Positions 14,031 through 26,140 of a DNA stretch of 64,000 nucleotides are shown here, piece after piece. The position numbers and the translations under genes were made by a program. Numbering within the stretch: position 1 is the first letter of the stretch; each line of letters starts with the position of its first letter. The notes below the pieces were generated by a model. The model was not told where the DNA came from. It saw nothing but the letters and a program-made list of their open reading frames with translations, and searched no databases. Source of the stretch: Laetmonice hystrix (Eukaryota); NCBI GenBank assembly GCA_965235115.1, contig OZ249436.1, positions 4,838,001 to 4,902,000 on the forward strand, written 5' to 3'.

Positions 14031-15451
14031 TTTTTCGTGATGCCAAAATCACAAGAACATGTGCTCACCAGGTTCGCTCGAGATTATAGAGGGTATTTAT
14101 TTTTTGTGGTTACATCATGGCTTCATGACACTTTTGAAAAAAAGAATGATTTTTTTTTTCATGTGTGCCAATAAAATTCCATACAGTTGGTTGAATGCTT
14201 CTTGACGTGACAATGTTGAAACCAGTTGTATTCATTCACTACAGTGACGTATCTCAAGTGGCCAGTGATCAGAAACTCCGGAACAGTTGGAAACCTGCTG
14301 ACAGGGCAGAATGTGACGGGGACAGATGGAGGTAAGGGGACAGCTGGCGGGACGAGATACGGTTGTCCCCTGTCTGAGAGAGGACATGGGATACAGAACA
14401 TGTCATATCACACCCTCCTGCTTCCATGGCAACTGGCACCAGCGTTTGGGTCCTGCCTGCCTGGGAGGTTGTTAAGGGAATTAAGGAGAGTTTCTCAGGG
14501 TTAAATAGTCCGATGCATCAACATAGATATGCTTTGGTCTCCTTAAAAACAACTTTGTCGAGCAGCGGGGACCCTGAGAGGACTAATCCATCAAATTATC
14601 CACTCACGGTAAACCCCTAGCGGTCGTTCTTTGTACTACACCCTGGGCAGTCCGAGGCTGTTTGAACCTTGGCGGCTGCAGGCTAAACGTAGCTCTGTCA
14701 GGCGAGACCTATCACGAGGTTTCCCGAGAGTGTTGACCTCGGTATATTATGGTGCCATCAGACAGGTCTGGGGTTGGTTGTGATGATTGGAGCGTTCGTA
14801 GCATCACTTCTGGCAGGGGAGGGAGTAAAGGCCAAGGGTGACTTCGGGCTGAACACACGGGTTGTCACATGACGTTAGAGAGTGTGAGGGCAGGGCAACA
14901 TCTGTGGTTTACTGTTCCGGGAATTCAAATCAAACGAAAGGGTGACTCTGAGAAAGAGATGGGTTAGAAAAATTGCCGGGAAATGAATTAAGATTCATAA
15001 AAAATATATCCAGAGGTGACTTAGATCAGCAGGAATACACCACCAACTCAAGAGAATGGGTGTCGTTAGTTGAAGCATCCCATGTGATCCTGGGAATAGA
15101 GGCTATGCCGGCTGGTACAGGGCACAGGGGACTGTGGACATAAAGTCGTGGAGCAGGTTTGCTCCCCCGACAGGTTGGGACACGTTTGGATTTACCTTCA
15201 TAAAATCTGCCTAGGCCTGTGGACGGCGCTGACCATGGACTGTACTGCTGACCAGTGGTCAGTGGCATGGTATTAGACTCGGTGGGGGAGGGGGCTCCAG
15301 GGAGCGATCTCACGCGCCGAGAAATGGACCTATTCAACTCACATAGCGTGATACCATCGAGTAGAGAGTCCGACAAGGGACCAACACTCCAATCGACAGA
15401 CTGACACCACACTGTCAATTAGATTTTGAGACTGGCGACTGGCAGTTGTTG

Positions 15452-17456
15452 GGTGAGAGCCGTGCTTGGCCGAGCTGCTGTCAGACCTAACCGTACCACT
15501 GCCGTGTGAGAGCCGTGCCTGGCCGAGCTGCTGTCAGACCTAACCGTACCACTGCCGTGTGAGAGCCGTGCCTGGCCGAGCTGCTGTCAGACCTAACCGT
15601 ACCACTGCCATGTGAGAGCCTGGCCGAGCTACTGTCAGACCTAACCGTACCACTGCCGTGTGAGAGCCTGGCCTAGCTGCTGTCAGACCTAACCGTACCA
15701 CTGCCGTGTGAGAGCCGTGCCTGGCCGAGCTGCTGTCAGACCTAACCGTACCACTGCCGTGTGAGGGCCTGGCCGAGCTGCTGTCAGACCTAACCGTACC
15801 ACTGCCGTGTGAGAGCCGTGCCTGGCCGAGCTGCTGTCAGACCTAACCCTACCACTGCCGTGTGAGGGCCTGGCCGAGCTGCTGTCAGACCTAACCGTAC
15901 CACTGCCATGTGAGAGCCTGGCCGAGCTACTGTCAGACCTAACCGTACCACTGCCGTGTGAGAGCCGTGCCTGGCCGAGCTGCTGTCAGACCTAACCGTA
16001 CCACTGCCGTGTGAGAGCCTGGCCGAGCTGCTGTCAGACCTAACCGTACCACTGCCGTGTGAGAGCCGTGCCTGGCCGTGCTGCTGTCAGACCTAACCGT
16101 ACCACTGCCATGTGAGAGCCTGGCCGAGCTACTGTCAGACCTAACCGTACCACTGCCGTGTGAGAGCCTGGCCTAGCTGCTGTCAGACCTAACCGTACCA
16201 CTGCAGTGTGAGAGCCGTGCCTGGCCGAGCTGCTGTCAGACCTAACCGTACCACTGCCGTGTGAGAGCCTGGCCGAGCTACTGTCAGACCTAACCGTACC
16301 ACTGCCGTGTGAGAGCCTGGCCGAGCTACTGTCAGACCTAACCGTACCACTGCCGTGTGAGAGCCGTGCCTGGCCGAGCTGCTGTCAGACCTAACCCTAC
16401 CACTGCCGTGTGAGGGCCTGGCCGAGCTGCTGTCAGACCTAACCGTACCACTGCCATGTGAGAGCCTGGCCGAGCTACTGTCAGACCTAACCGTACCACT
16501 GCCGTGTGAGAGCCTGGCCGAGCTGCTGTCAGACCTAACCGTACCACTGCCGTGTGAGAGCCTGGCCGAGCTGCTGTCAGACCTAACCGTACCACTGCCG
16601 TGTGAGAGCCTGGCCGAGCTCCTGTCAGACCTAACCGTACCACTGCCATGTGAGAGCCTGGCCGAGCTGCTGTCAGACCTAACCGTACCACTGCCATGTG
16701 AGAGCCTGGCCGAGCTGCTGTCAGACCTAACCGTACCACTGCCGTGTGAGGGCCGTGCCTGGCCGAGCTGCTGTCAGACCTAACCGTACCACTGCCGTGT
16801 GAGAGCCTGGCCGAGCTGCTGTCAGACCTAACCGTACCACTGCCGTGTGAGAGCCGTGCCTGGCCGAGCTGCTGTCAGACCTAACCGTACCACTGCCGTG
16901 TGAGAGCCGTGCCTGGCCGTGCTGCTGTCAGACCTAACCGTACCACTGCCGTGTGAGAGCCTGGCCGAGCTGCTGTCAGACCTAACCGTACCACTGCCGT
17001 GTGAGAGCCGTGCCTGGCCGAGCTGCTGTCAGACCTAACCGTACCACTGCCGTGTGAGAGCCGTGCCTGGCCGAGCTGCTGTCAGACCTAACCGTACCAC
17101 TGCCGTGTGAGGGCCTGGCCCAGCTGCTGTCAGACCTAACCGTACCACTGCCGTGTGAGAGCCTGGCCGAGCTGCTGTCAGACCTAACCGTACCACTGCC
17201 GTGTGAGAGCCGTGCCTGGCCGAGCTGCTGTCAGACCTAACCGTACCACTGCCGTGTGAGAGCCGTGCCTGGCCGAGCTGCTGTCAGACCTAACCGTACC
17301 ACTGCCGTGTGAGAGCCGTGCCTGGCCGAGCTGCTGCCAGACCTAACCGTACCACTGCCGTGTGAGAGCCGTGCTTGGCCGAGCTGCTGTCAGACCTAAC
17401 CGTACCACTGCCGTGTGAGAGCCTGGCCGAGCTGCTGTCAGACCTAACCCTACCAC
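15452..17456. repeat. 48/53-bp two-variant minisatellite
   Basis: gtgagagcc[gtgcc]tggccgagctgctgtcagacctaaccgtaccactgccgt, with an optional 5-bp block. Confidence 0.97.
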
Positions 17457-18614
17457 CTGCGTGTTTGACACACTATTGACATTTGTGCACTCGGTATGAC
17501 AGACGAGACATGAGAATTGCTATGATAAAGAGTAAGAGTGAAATGATAATTTTTGTTAGCTGAGGCCAGTCTTTTCCTGCCTCTTGTCTGGCCATTAGAT
17601 GTTATCGGCTTCCGGTGACATATTCCGCTAAAAGGCCCTTGTCATATCTTTAGAAAATGACGTGGGCGATTAAATTAGCGTGATAAAGGAAGAATCTGCA
17701 ACACGCCTGAAGTTTTGATGGAATTACACATATAATTGTCATGTTAGTCGTGCTAGTCATGACAATTCCCATAGACATTAGCGTGATGTTACCTATTGAG
17801 GACAACAATCGCAGACAGATGTTATCGTGACAGTTTACCATGGACTGGCACATTCATGATCATGTTATATTAAGGTAATTGGCAATTAATGCACAGGACT
17901 CGTAACGGCTTATGTTTACACTGTCAGGCCAGCCTTGATGGAAACTTCTTTTTAATATACATGTATCAAAGATGTTTAAATTAATAATAATAGACTTTAC
18001 GACTGCTACCTAGATAGTAAAAGTTAAAGCAGGAAACATGTTTTTGGTTTCAAACGACAGTTGTCTTTTCAGCGTCTTTTATCATGTCATAGAATCTCAG
18101 ACGGCAGGTTTTTAAAGAAAGCTATTAAATTGAGCGAGACTGGAATGTTGGTGTGCTGAGGCGGCTCTGACTGTCCCCGTCGTGTCTACAGTCTGGCATG
18201 TCTCCTGGTCTAATCACCCCCGTGTCCATTAGGTGGTCTGAGGGGCTGAGGATCAGCTCTGCGGGATGGGCTGAGGGGCGAGGCGAGGGGGGGTATGGTC
18301 GGGGGTGAGGGGGTACAGCCGGGGGGTGAGAAGTGATAGTAGTTGCCAGTGTCGTTTTGAGTGTTCCGGGTCGGAGTGGCGACTGCTGCTCCACGGCCGC
18401 TAACAGACAATCCTCCGACATGCAATATGAGTTAGAAGCCGATTACTTATGGCATGGGGCTCAGCCACCCGCACACGACCCGACCTCCACATCACCCCGT
18501 ACCCCGGCCAGCCATCCACACCGAGCTGGCTGGTCATCTACCCCTCCTGGTGCTGGTCACCCTCATGTCACGATCGTTGTCGTCGGACAGCTCCTCGATT
18601 ACATCCTTTTATAA

Positions 18615-19218
18615 ACTGACAACAGTCTGACACTATGGACCGGCGCAAGGTCCTCAAACACCACTTTATACACTGACAACAGTCTGACACTATGGACCGG
18701 CGCAAGGTCCTCAGACACCACTTTATACACTGACAACAGTCTGACACCATGGACCGGCGCACGGTCCTTGGACACCACTTTATACACTGACAACAGTCTG
18801 ACACTATGGACCGGCGCAAGGTCCTCAGACACCACTTTATACACTGACAACAGTCTGACAACATGGACCGGCGCACGGTCCTTGGACAACAGTCTGACAC
18901 CATGGACCGGCGCACGGTCCTTGGACAACAGTCTGACACCATGGACCGGCGCACGGTCCTTGGACAACAGTCTGACACCATGGACCGGCGCACGGTCCTT
19001 GGACACCACTTTATAAACTGACAACAGTCTGACACCATGGACCGGCGCACGGTCCTCGGACAACACTCAACCATGGACCGGCGCACGGTCCTCGGACAAC
19101 ACTCAACCATGGACCGGCGCACAGTCATCAGACACCACTTTATACACTGACAACACTCAACCATGGACCGCCACACGGTCCTCGGACAACACTCAACCAT
19201 GGACCAGCGCACGGTCCT
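18615..19218. repeat. Modular 36/39/57-bp minisatellite with an internal hairpin
   Basis: Core gacaacagtctgacaccatggaccggcgcacggtcc with or without gacaccactttatacact. Stem ggaccg/cggtcc. Confidence 0.93.
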
Positions 19219-19237
19219 GTAGCTCACAGAGCTCATC

Positions 19238-19592
19238 AATCCCAGGCTGTTGATGGCGGTGAGGTTTAGAATCCCAGGCTGTTGATGGCGGTGAGGTTTA
19301 GAATCCCAGGCTGTTGATGGCGGTGAGGTTTAGAATCCCTGGCTGTTGATGGTGGTGAGGTTTAGAATCCCAGGCTGTTGATGGTGGTGAGGTTTAGAAT
19401 CCCTGGCTGTTGATGGCGGTGAGGTTTAGAATCCCTGGCTGTTGATGGTGGTGAGGTTTAGAATCCCAGGCTGTTGATGGTGGTGAGGTTTAGAATCCCT
19501 GGCTGTTGATGGCGGTGAGGTTTAGAATCCCTGGCTGTTGATGGTGGTGAGGTTTAGAATCCGAGGCTGTTGATGGTGGTGAGGTTTAGAAT
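19238..19592. repeat. 32-bp minisatellite, about 11 copies
   Basis: Unit aatcccaggctgttgatggcggtgaggtttag. Confidence 0.96.
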
Positions 19593-20563
19593 AGATAGTT
19601 TGAGTGGGATGGTTTATTGATGTGACAGTGATGGTTGCGGTGTTGGTGTGGAGGGCACCTTGATGAACTGTTAGGGTCGCTGTAATAATCTGACCACAGT
19701 CTCTGTGTGTGACCGGCGTTTGAATGTAGCCAATGGTTTCCTGGCCGTCAGTCGACGCAGCGTTCGTGTTGGCGTGTTAGTTCCTGACGGCAATAATTGA
19801 AACGCTGAATGTGCAGACGTGGGACTGAATATATGAAATCAGAATATCACCACATGGATTGCTTCAATAAGTGTGGAGAAAAATACCCACGCCAAGCGGG
19901 ACTGCCTTGTTGCTGGTTACTGGCCCCATGTGGCGGGGAAGGAAGATGAGATGAAGGAAGAAAATGGCTTAGTTTTATCTTCTCCTCCCAGTGTCCATAG
20001 TAAACTACAAGAGGAGTCCTCTGGCTCGTCGACGTCACTGGCGTCTACTCGTTCCCTACGACCCACGTCCATGATGCGTCGCCGGGGAAATAAAACAAAG
20101 ATATTTCTCACTAATTATCAAGATTTTACTTGGTTGAACAGAAAACCACCCGGACAGGGGGACGGGGAGGTAATTACATAAATCTCCTGTGAATTAGGGA
20201 TCAATATGAGCTCCCTGGTCCATACGGAGATTTTCATACAGCGTCCGACCTGGTTCAGTGGAAGATTCTGCCAACATGATTCACTGCTTGCTGTGTCTGG
20301 TGGAAAGCCCCCAGGCGCCCATCTCTCTCAGCCTGATGGAAAACGTGGGGGAAAAAACCCTTGGAGAAGGCGAGGGGGAGGGGGAGGTAGGGTCATTGTG
20401 GGAAGTATGTGTGGGAAATTAAATTATCACAGAGGATGATAATGGCAGTAATGGCACCTGGTAGATGAGAAAATGGCCCGAGGTAGTAGGATGATCTGCT
20501 CCCCCGTCCTTTCAGTTCCTGCCTGGTCAGAGAGGATGCATGGTGTCAACAATGGTAACATAA

Positions 20564-20691
20564 GGCTATGACGCACTGGACAAAATCGGGGCCGATCACG
20601 TCCCGATTGCCCGACTTCGGGACGTGATCGGCCCAAACGGGCGCTGAACCGATTGTCGCCAATCGGGTCGGGGACCGCAGTGCATCGTAGG
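20564..20691. mobile_element. Small foldback MITE-like element
   Basis: Imperfect outer IR gctatgacgcactg / cagtgcatcgtagg, a perfect 18-bp inner IR gggccgatcacgtcccga / tcgggacgtgatcggccc, and TAA on both sides. Confidence 0.55.
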
Positions 20692-21394
20692 TAAAGGTGA
20701 AGGTCGTACGTTGTTGTAGGTAATGGTAAAGGCCATATGATGTTGTAGGTAAAGGTGAAGGTCGTACGTTGTTGTAGGTAAAGGTGAAGGTCGTACGTTG
20801 TTGTAGGTAAAGGTGAAGGTCGTACGTTGTTGTAGGTAAAGGTGAAGGTCGTACGTTGTTGTAGGTAAAGGTGAAGGTCGTACGTTGTTGTAGGTAAAGG
20901 TGAAGGTCGTACGTTGATGTAGGTAAAGGTGAAGGTCGTACATTGTTGTAGGTAAAGGTGAAGGTCGTACGTTGTTGTAGGTAAAGGTGAAGGTCGTACG
21001 TTGTTGTAGGTAAAGGTGAAGGTCGTACGTTGTTGTAGGTAAAGGTGAAGGTCGTACGTTGTTGTAGGTAATGGTAAAGGCCATATGATGTTGTAGGTAA
21101 AGGTGAAGGTCGTATGTTGTTGTAGGTAAAGGTGAAGGTCGTTGTTGTAGGTAAAGGTGAAGGTCGTACGTTGTTGTAGGTAAAGGTGAAGGTCGTACGT
21201 TCATGTAGGTAATGGTAAAGGCCATATGATGTTGTAGGTAAAGGTGAAGGTCGTATGTTGTTGTAGGTAAAGGTGAAGGTCGTACGTTGTTGTAGGTAAA
21301 GGTGAAGGTTGTACGTTGTTGTAGGTAAAGGTGAAGGTCGTACGTTCATTTAGGTAATGGTAAAGGCCATATGATGTTGTAGGTAACGGTGAAG
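20687..21394. repeat. 29-bp minisatellite with a recurring variant unit
   Basis: gtaggtaaaggtgaaggtcgtacgttgtt, with variant gtaggtaatggtaaaggccatatgatgtt. Confidence 0.96.
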
Positions 21395-22186
21395 TGTCCA
21401 AGTGAACCTATGAATCTTGACTAAAACCGACCATCGCTCAGTTTTCTGATCGCTGTGGCTGTGACCTAATTCTCACGATCAGTTCAGTCGCCCATATAAA
21501 AACACCAGCCTCCTCATTGCCGCTGTCGGGTGTGGACAGGTCATGAATGAGATTATACCCTTTGAGCTGGCTGTCCTGTGTCTGACCGAGGTCGCCATGG
21601 CTTGTGTTGGTCTCTGTACCCTGTCACAATCGATGGTATCTCCCTATTATACACCTGTCAGTGAGCACGTGGTCCCTGGGCGATAATAGAGGGTACAGTA
21701 GGGGTGATGAATGTTATCCGAGAAATTCCTGACCAAGTGATCAGTTGCTAATGGTGGTAGGGAGACCAGGGTGTTGGAATTCGACAGAACTGTGGGATTC
21801 ATTGCAGGAATAAACTAATATCATTGTTTATAGTAAAAATGATATTGTTGTTAAAATAGTAGGCGAGACGATATCGGTTTGATGTTTGAAGTAGGAATAA
21901 ATCCTCCAGGGTTAAACCAAGACGTTGGCTGATACCTTTGATGGTTGATGACACAGTTGAGCTGGGGTTGACAGTGGTGGTACATGTAGTTGTATCCAAG
22001 GATTTATGTGACAGAAAGCAGTCTGCCTAGTCTCTGCCATCAATTCTCTGGTGACGTCCCAGATATTCAGGTTATGGTGACAAATATTAACTCTATCATC
22101 TCTCTTCTCAGAACTTTCGTATGATCAAGGCTCAGCAAACGTGAGCAGAACGTGATCACGTTGTCGTATACACGATGGTAAAGATC

Positions 22187-22431
22187 TACCAAACACAGCT
22201 ATTGTTTGACATTCTGACAGTAACGACATTACCAAACACAGCTATTGTTTGACATTCTGACAGTAAAGACATCTACCAAACACAGCTATTGTTTGACATT
22301 CTGATAGTAAAGACATCTACCAAACACAGCTATTGTTTGACATTCCGACAGTAAAGACATTACCAAACACAACTATTGTTTGACATTCCGACAGTAAAGA
22401 CATCTACCAAACACAACTATTGTTTGACATT
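22187..22431. repeat. 43-44-bp minisatellite
   Basis: taccaaacacagctattgtttgacattctgacagtaaagacatc, about 5.5 copies. Confidence 0.93.
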
Positions 22432-23801
22432 GCCTCATTCTTCGGTTCTGTGTGTATATAATAAATGACCAAGTAACATGATAACGGAGGTGGGGCGGGG
22501 GCAGGTATCAGGGTGTGCCCTTGTTGTGTGATCTGAGTCGTAGCCACAAAGGGAGGGAGGAGGAGGGACGGAGGGAGAGAGATGGCTTGAGTTGGGTGGG
22601 GTCGAACTGATTAAGGAATGGCCACACATGGGCGCGCTGTTGTCGCCTTAAGACACAATGTTCTCGTCCTACAACTGTGACGTCACAGGGGGAGGAAGAG
22701 GAAGTCTTTGATGTGGATAGGTCTCAGAGGCCGCCCTCTCGGCGCTTTCCTGGTGGCATCAGTTCTCAACCTAATTAGTCTAATCCTATTCCGGCAGGTA
22801 TGCCAAACCAGGGGTGTTATTCTGGGTGCTAGCTCCTGGTTTACTCCCCAAAGCTCTGGCTCTGGTAGGAAGTCATCTGCTTTAAAAAAAAACAAGAAAT
22901 ACCAATCAGAACCATGCCCTGTTGATATGAAATTGTAATTTTTTATGGATCAAAAGTTCGGAAGGGTACTCGTCGAACGACCTAAGTGATTTGTTTCTGT
23001 CAAAACGCAGATTAGATTTTGCTTCCAAATTTGTCCCTGACGCTAAAAGAAATAGCACATTCATTAAACGGACTGGGCACATTGGCGCCATGCAGGTCGC
23101 TACACAAGGCATGTCCGGGTAGGGTTTCCCTGATCGGTGACTCCCAGAAATTAGATGGGGATGCTGAAATTGCTTTTAGACAAGGATAACGGTGGGAGTA
23201 TGAGAGACATGGAGCTGGGGTGCTCAGGTACTGATTGATGTCAGGGTGTGGAGTATGTTTATTACTTGTCAACGGGAGGACTGAGGAAACTGATGGCGGT
23301 TTTCATCGATTGAGTCAGAAACTGACGTGATAACTTCAATCTTGTGATCCCAGCCATTGTACAAAGCGAACGTGTATCATTATACTTTACGGCCAGATGA
23401 AGCTCTTCAAACTCCCCATGCCCGCGGAATTTGGGGTGCGTTCAGCAGTATGTGGCGTCACGAAACGTTGGCCGTTTAGCCTGTCACATGCATGGATACT
23501 GTTGAATCAAGATGGCGGCACAAAGACGTCGGGGTTCTACCGATAAAACCACTCACATGTGGGCACTCTCGAAATTACCAACCCCCTCAGGATCAGACAG
23601 ATAACGCTAGAATCGTTGTGAGATAACACTAACAGATAATGGACGCCAGTAGATAATTGGTGAACAATTTCCTTCCATCAGCACGGAATGCGGACGGCAG
23701 CAGCGTTCGTCGACGTCACACGTCACGTTGGGTGTCGGAGTACGAGCCTTTAATAGCATGTCATGAGAAGGTAGCAGCCACAATATTAAGGCCGCCACCA
23801 T

Positions 23802-24082
23802 AGCTTCCTCTGACCAATACATGTAGATGTGGGTCATAATGGAAGCTTCCTCTGACCAATACATGTAGATGTGGGTCATAATGGAAGCTTCCTCTGACCA
23901 ATACATGTAGATGTGGGTCATAATGGAAGCTTCCTCTGACCAATACATGTAGATGTGGGTCATAATGGAAGCTTCCTCTGACCAATACATGTAGATGTGG
24001 GTCATAATGGAAGCGTACACGTGGACATTTCACGAGGTATTCATAATGGAAGCGTACACGTGGACATTTCACAAGGTATTCA
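23802..24082. repeat. 42-bp minisatellite (5 copies) followed by 2 copies of a different unit sharing cataatggaagc
   Basis: Unit agcttcctctgaccaatacatgtagatgtgggtcataatgga. Confidence 0.93.
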
Positions 24083-25048
24083 CACTTTAAAGTATTTAGC
24101 CTGCTTAGACTTTTTGCTATAGATTCAAAGGAATCAGGTGTTCTGTGCTGTTACTGATTACGGGAAGAAATTCATGTTTCTAATCAGTAAAATGTACTGA
24201 AAGTTGAAAGCATCAGATGGAAATGATACATCAGGTGGTGTAGTCTGAGTTTCCGTATTCAGTTTGAAGGGCACTTTATCATTCCGATGTAGGCCTCGCC
24301 GTCTCCCAGTCCCCACCCTCGTCCCGAACCCGGAGTACAATCTTTCTTCATCAAGTCGTTAGGTCAGACACTCGGAGGGAATCTATGCGACACCAAGACC
24401 TTCCGATTAATAATACATTGCGTAGTAACGTATCAGGGTCAGCGTTCTGGTGACCCGGTCACGTGGTCAGTGTGGCTGCGGTCAGTAATAACTGACGGCT
24501 ACGATAGGTGGCGCTCTGACAGGCCTCCTGTCCGGACTGCCCTAGGTAAGTTCGTTTAGAAAACGAAAATCATATAAGGTGGGCACTGAGGCGGTTAGCG
24601 TGGATAGAGTAACCGGCTCTCAGTGGGATGGTAATGTTGTATCAGGAGCAGGACTGTGGAAGGAATGGTTGGTCCTGGCCTAAAGAAATGGTGAATAGAC
24701 AGTCGGTGGAGGAGCAACGCTGTAAAAACGGACTGGAAATATAAAAATGGGCCCCCGAATGACAATATGGGCTCGGTGGAGAATTTGTTAAAGCCAGTCG
24801 GTCAGGCTGGAGGATACGGGGCTGTCTTAATGGGGCTATTAGGGAGAAGTTCTCTATAAAATGAAGTCAGAAGAGCGGCAAGGGTAACTGAATGAAGATG
24901 GTGGGTAAATATCTCGATGAAAGCCGATTATGACGCAGGTATGACGGCAGTGACGGACAGGAGAGGGGCTGACTAATTACCCAGATTGTGTAATCCCTGA
25001 TCAGATCACCAAGATTAACAACATTAATGATTTACTCCCACGCCAGTG

Positions 25049-25143
25049 TGGTGATGAAGCCAGGGTGGTGATGAAGGCAGGGTGGTGATGAAGGCAGGGT
25101 GGTGATGAAGGCAGGGTGGTGATGAAGGCAGGGTGGTGAAGGC
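25049..25143. repeat. 17-bp minisatellite (ggtgatgaaggcagggt)
   Basis: About 5.5 direct copies. Confidence 0.9.
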
Positions 25144-25953
25144 TTTTAATGAAAGCAGTAGAGCTTTGGTGAGTTTGCTGGAACATGCCGACAGTCAGCG
25201 GGACAGGGGAACATTCTCAAGCCACAACAGATTGTTTTTAATTGAGGAAGGCATTTCTTCTATTGTTGTCAAACATACCCAGTCTAATCTGATTTCTTTG
25301 GGCATCATGAAGGAGAAAGGAAATATCGATCGATGGCAAAAAGATGGCGTAACCGAAGGTTTGCAAGCTTTGAATTGACCACCTTTTATTTATTCGTTCT
25401 TTCTTTCCATCCTGTCCTTCGCCTTTCCTTCCCCGTTTCTTCCCTTTTCCTTCCTTCCTACAGTGTATACCCCGGTTCCCCTGTCGCCCTTCATCCGGGC
25501 ATGGCAATTCGAGGTCGATCCTCCATGGAAAAGCTCCGGGAAATTTGACGACAAGAACTATAGATTTGTCACTGTTTATTTCTGGCCCCAACCCTAACCC
25601 ACCATTCACATTGACTTACCAACTGTACACAGATATGGCTGTACTCCAGCAGCGACTTTCGTCTATTGGCAGGACTGAAGAATTGACTGTCCAACATCTT
25701 TATTCACTCAGAAAGCCGATATCTCAGCTTTTGATAGTTTCTTACAACTGACAACACAGTGGCACAAAGCGAGCCTGTATCAGTCGTTTCTTACACCGCA
25801 GTATGTTCGTCAATTATCACTTACGTGACGACATCTTCACTGTCGACATTCCCAAGACCTCAGAGGTCGGCTGTAGACTCTAGAGAAGTCTTATAGTAAG
25901 CCACGCTCGATATCGGGGGCCACTCGTGCCGACTGCAGGGCCATGGACCAGTA

Positions 25954-26140
25954 CTAGAGGATGGGGGGGGGGGGGGGGTGTCAGGGGGTCGAACGTCTTC
26001 TTGGCAAACAATTTTTCTTTTATCCCACGATAGAAGTTTCTGAATTGGCCATGCTGAACCCCCACCCCCACCCCTCCCTTGTAGAATTCTACCTCTGAAT
26101 CCCCCCTCCCTCCCTTACCAAAATCCTGGATCCGCCCCTG
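25954..26140. mobile_element. Non-autonomous DNA transposon remnant with 8-bp TSD (hAT-like)
   Basis: GACCAGTA at 25946-53 and 26141-48. Right end cctggatccgcccctg, left TIR truncated. Confidence 0.55.

Noticed and set aside
23508..23519. YY1-like motif CAAGATGGCGGC as a promoter
   Set aside because: A single motif with no supporting exon or transcription start evidence.
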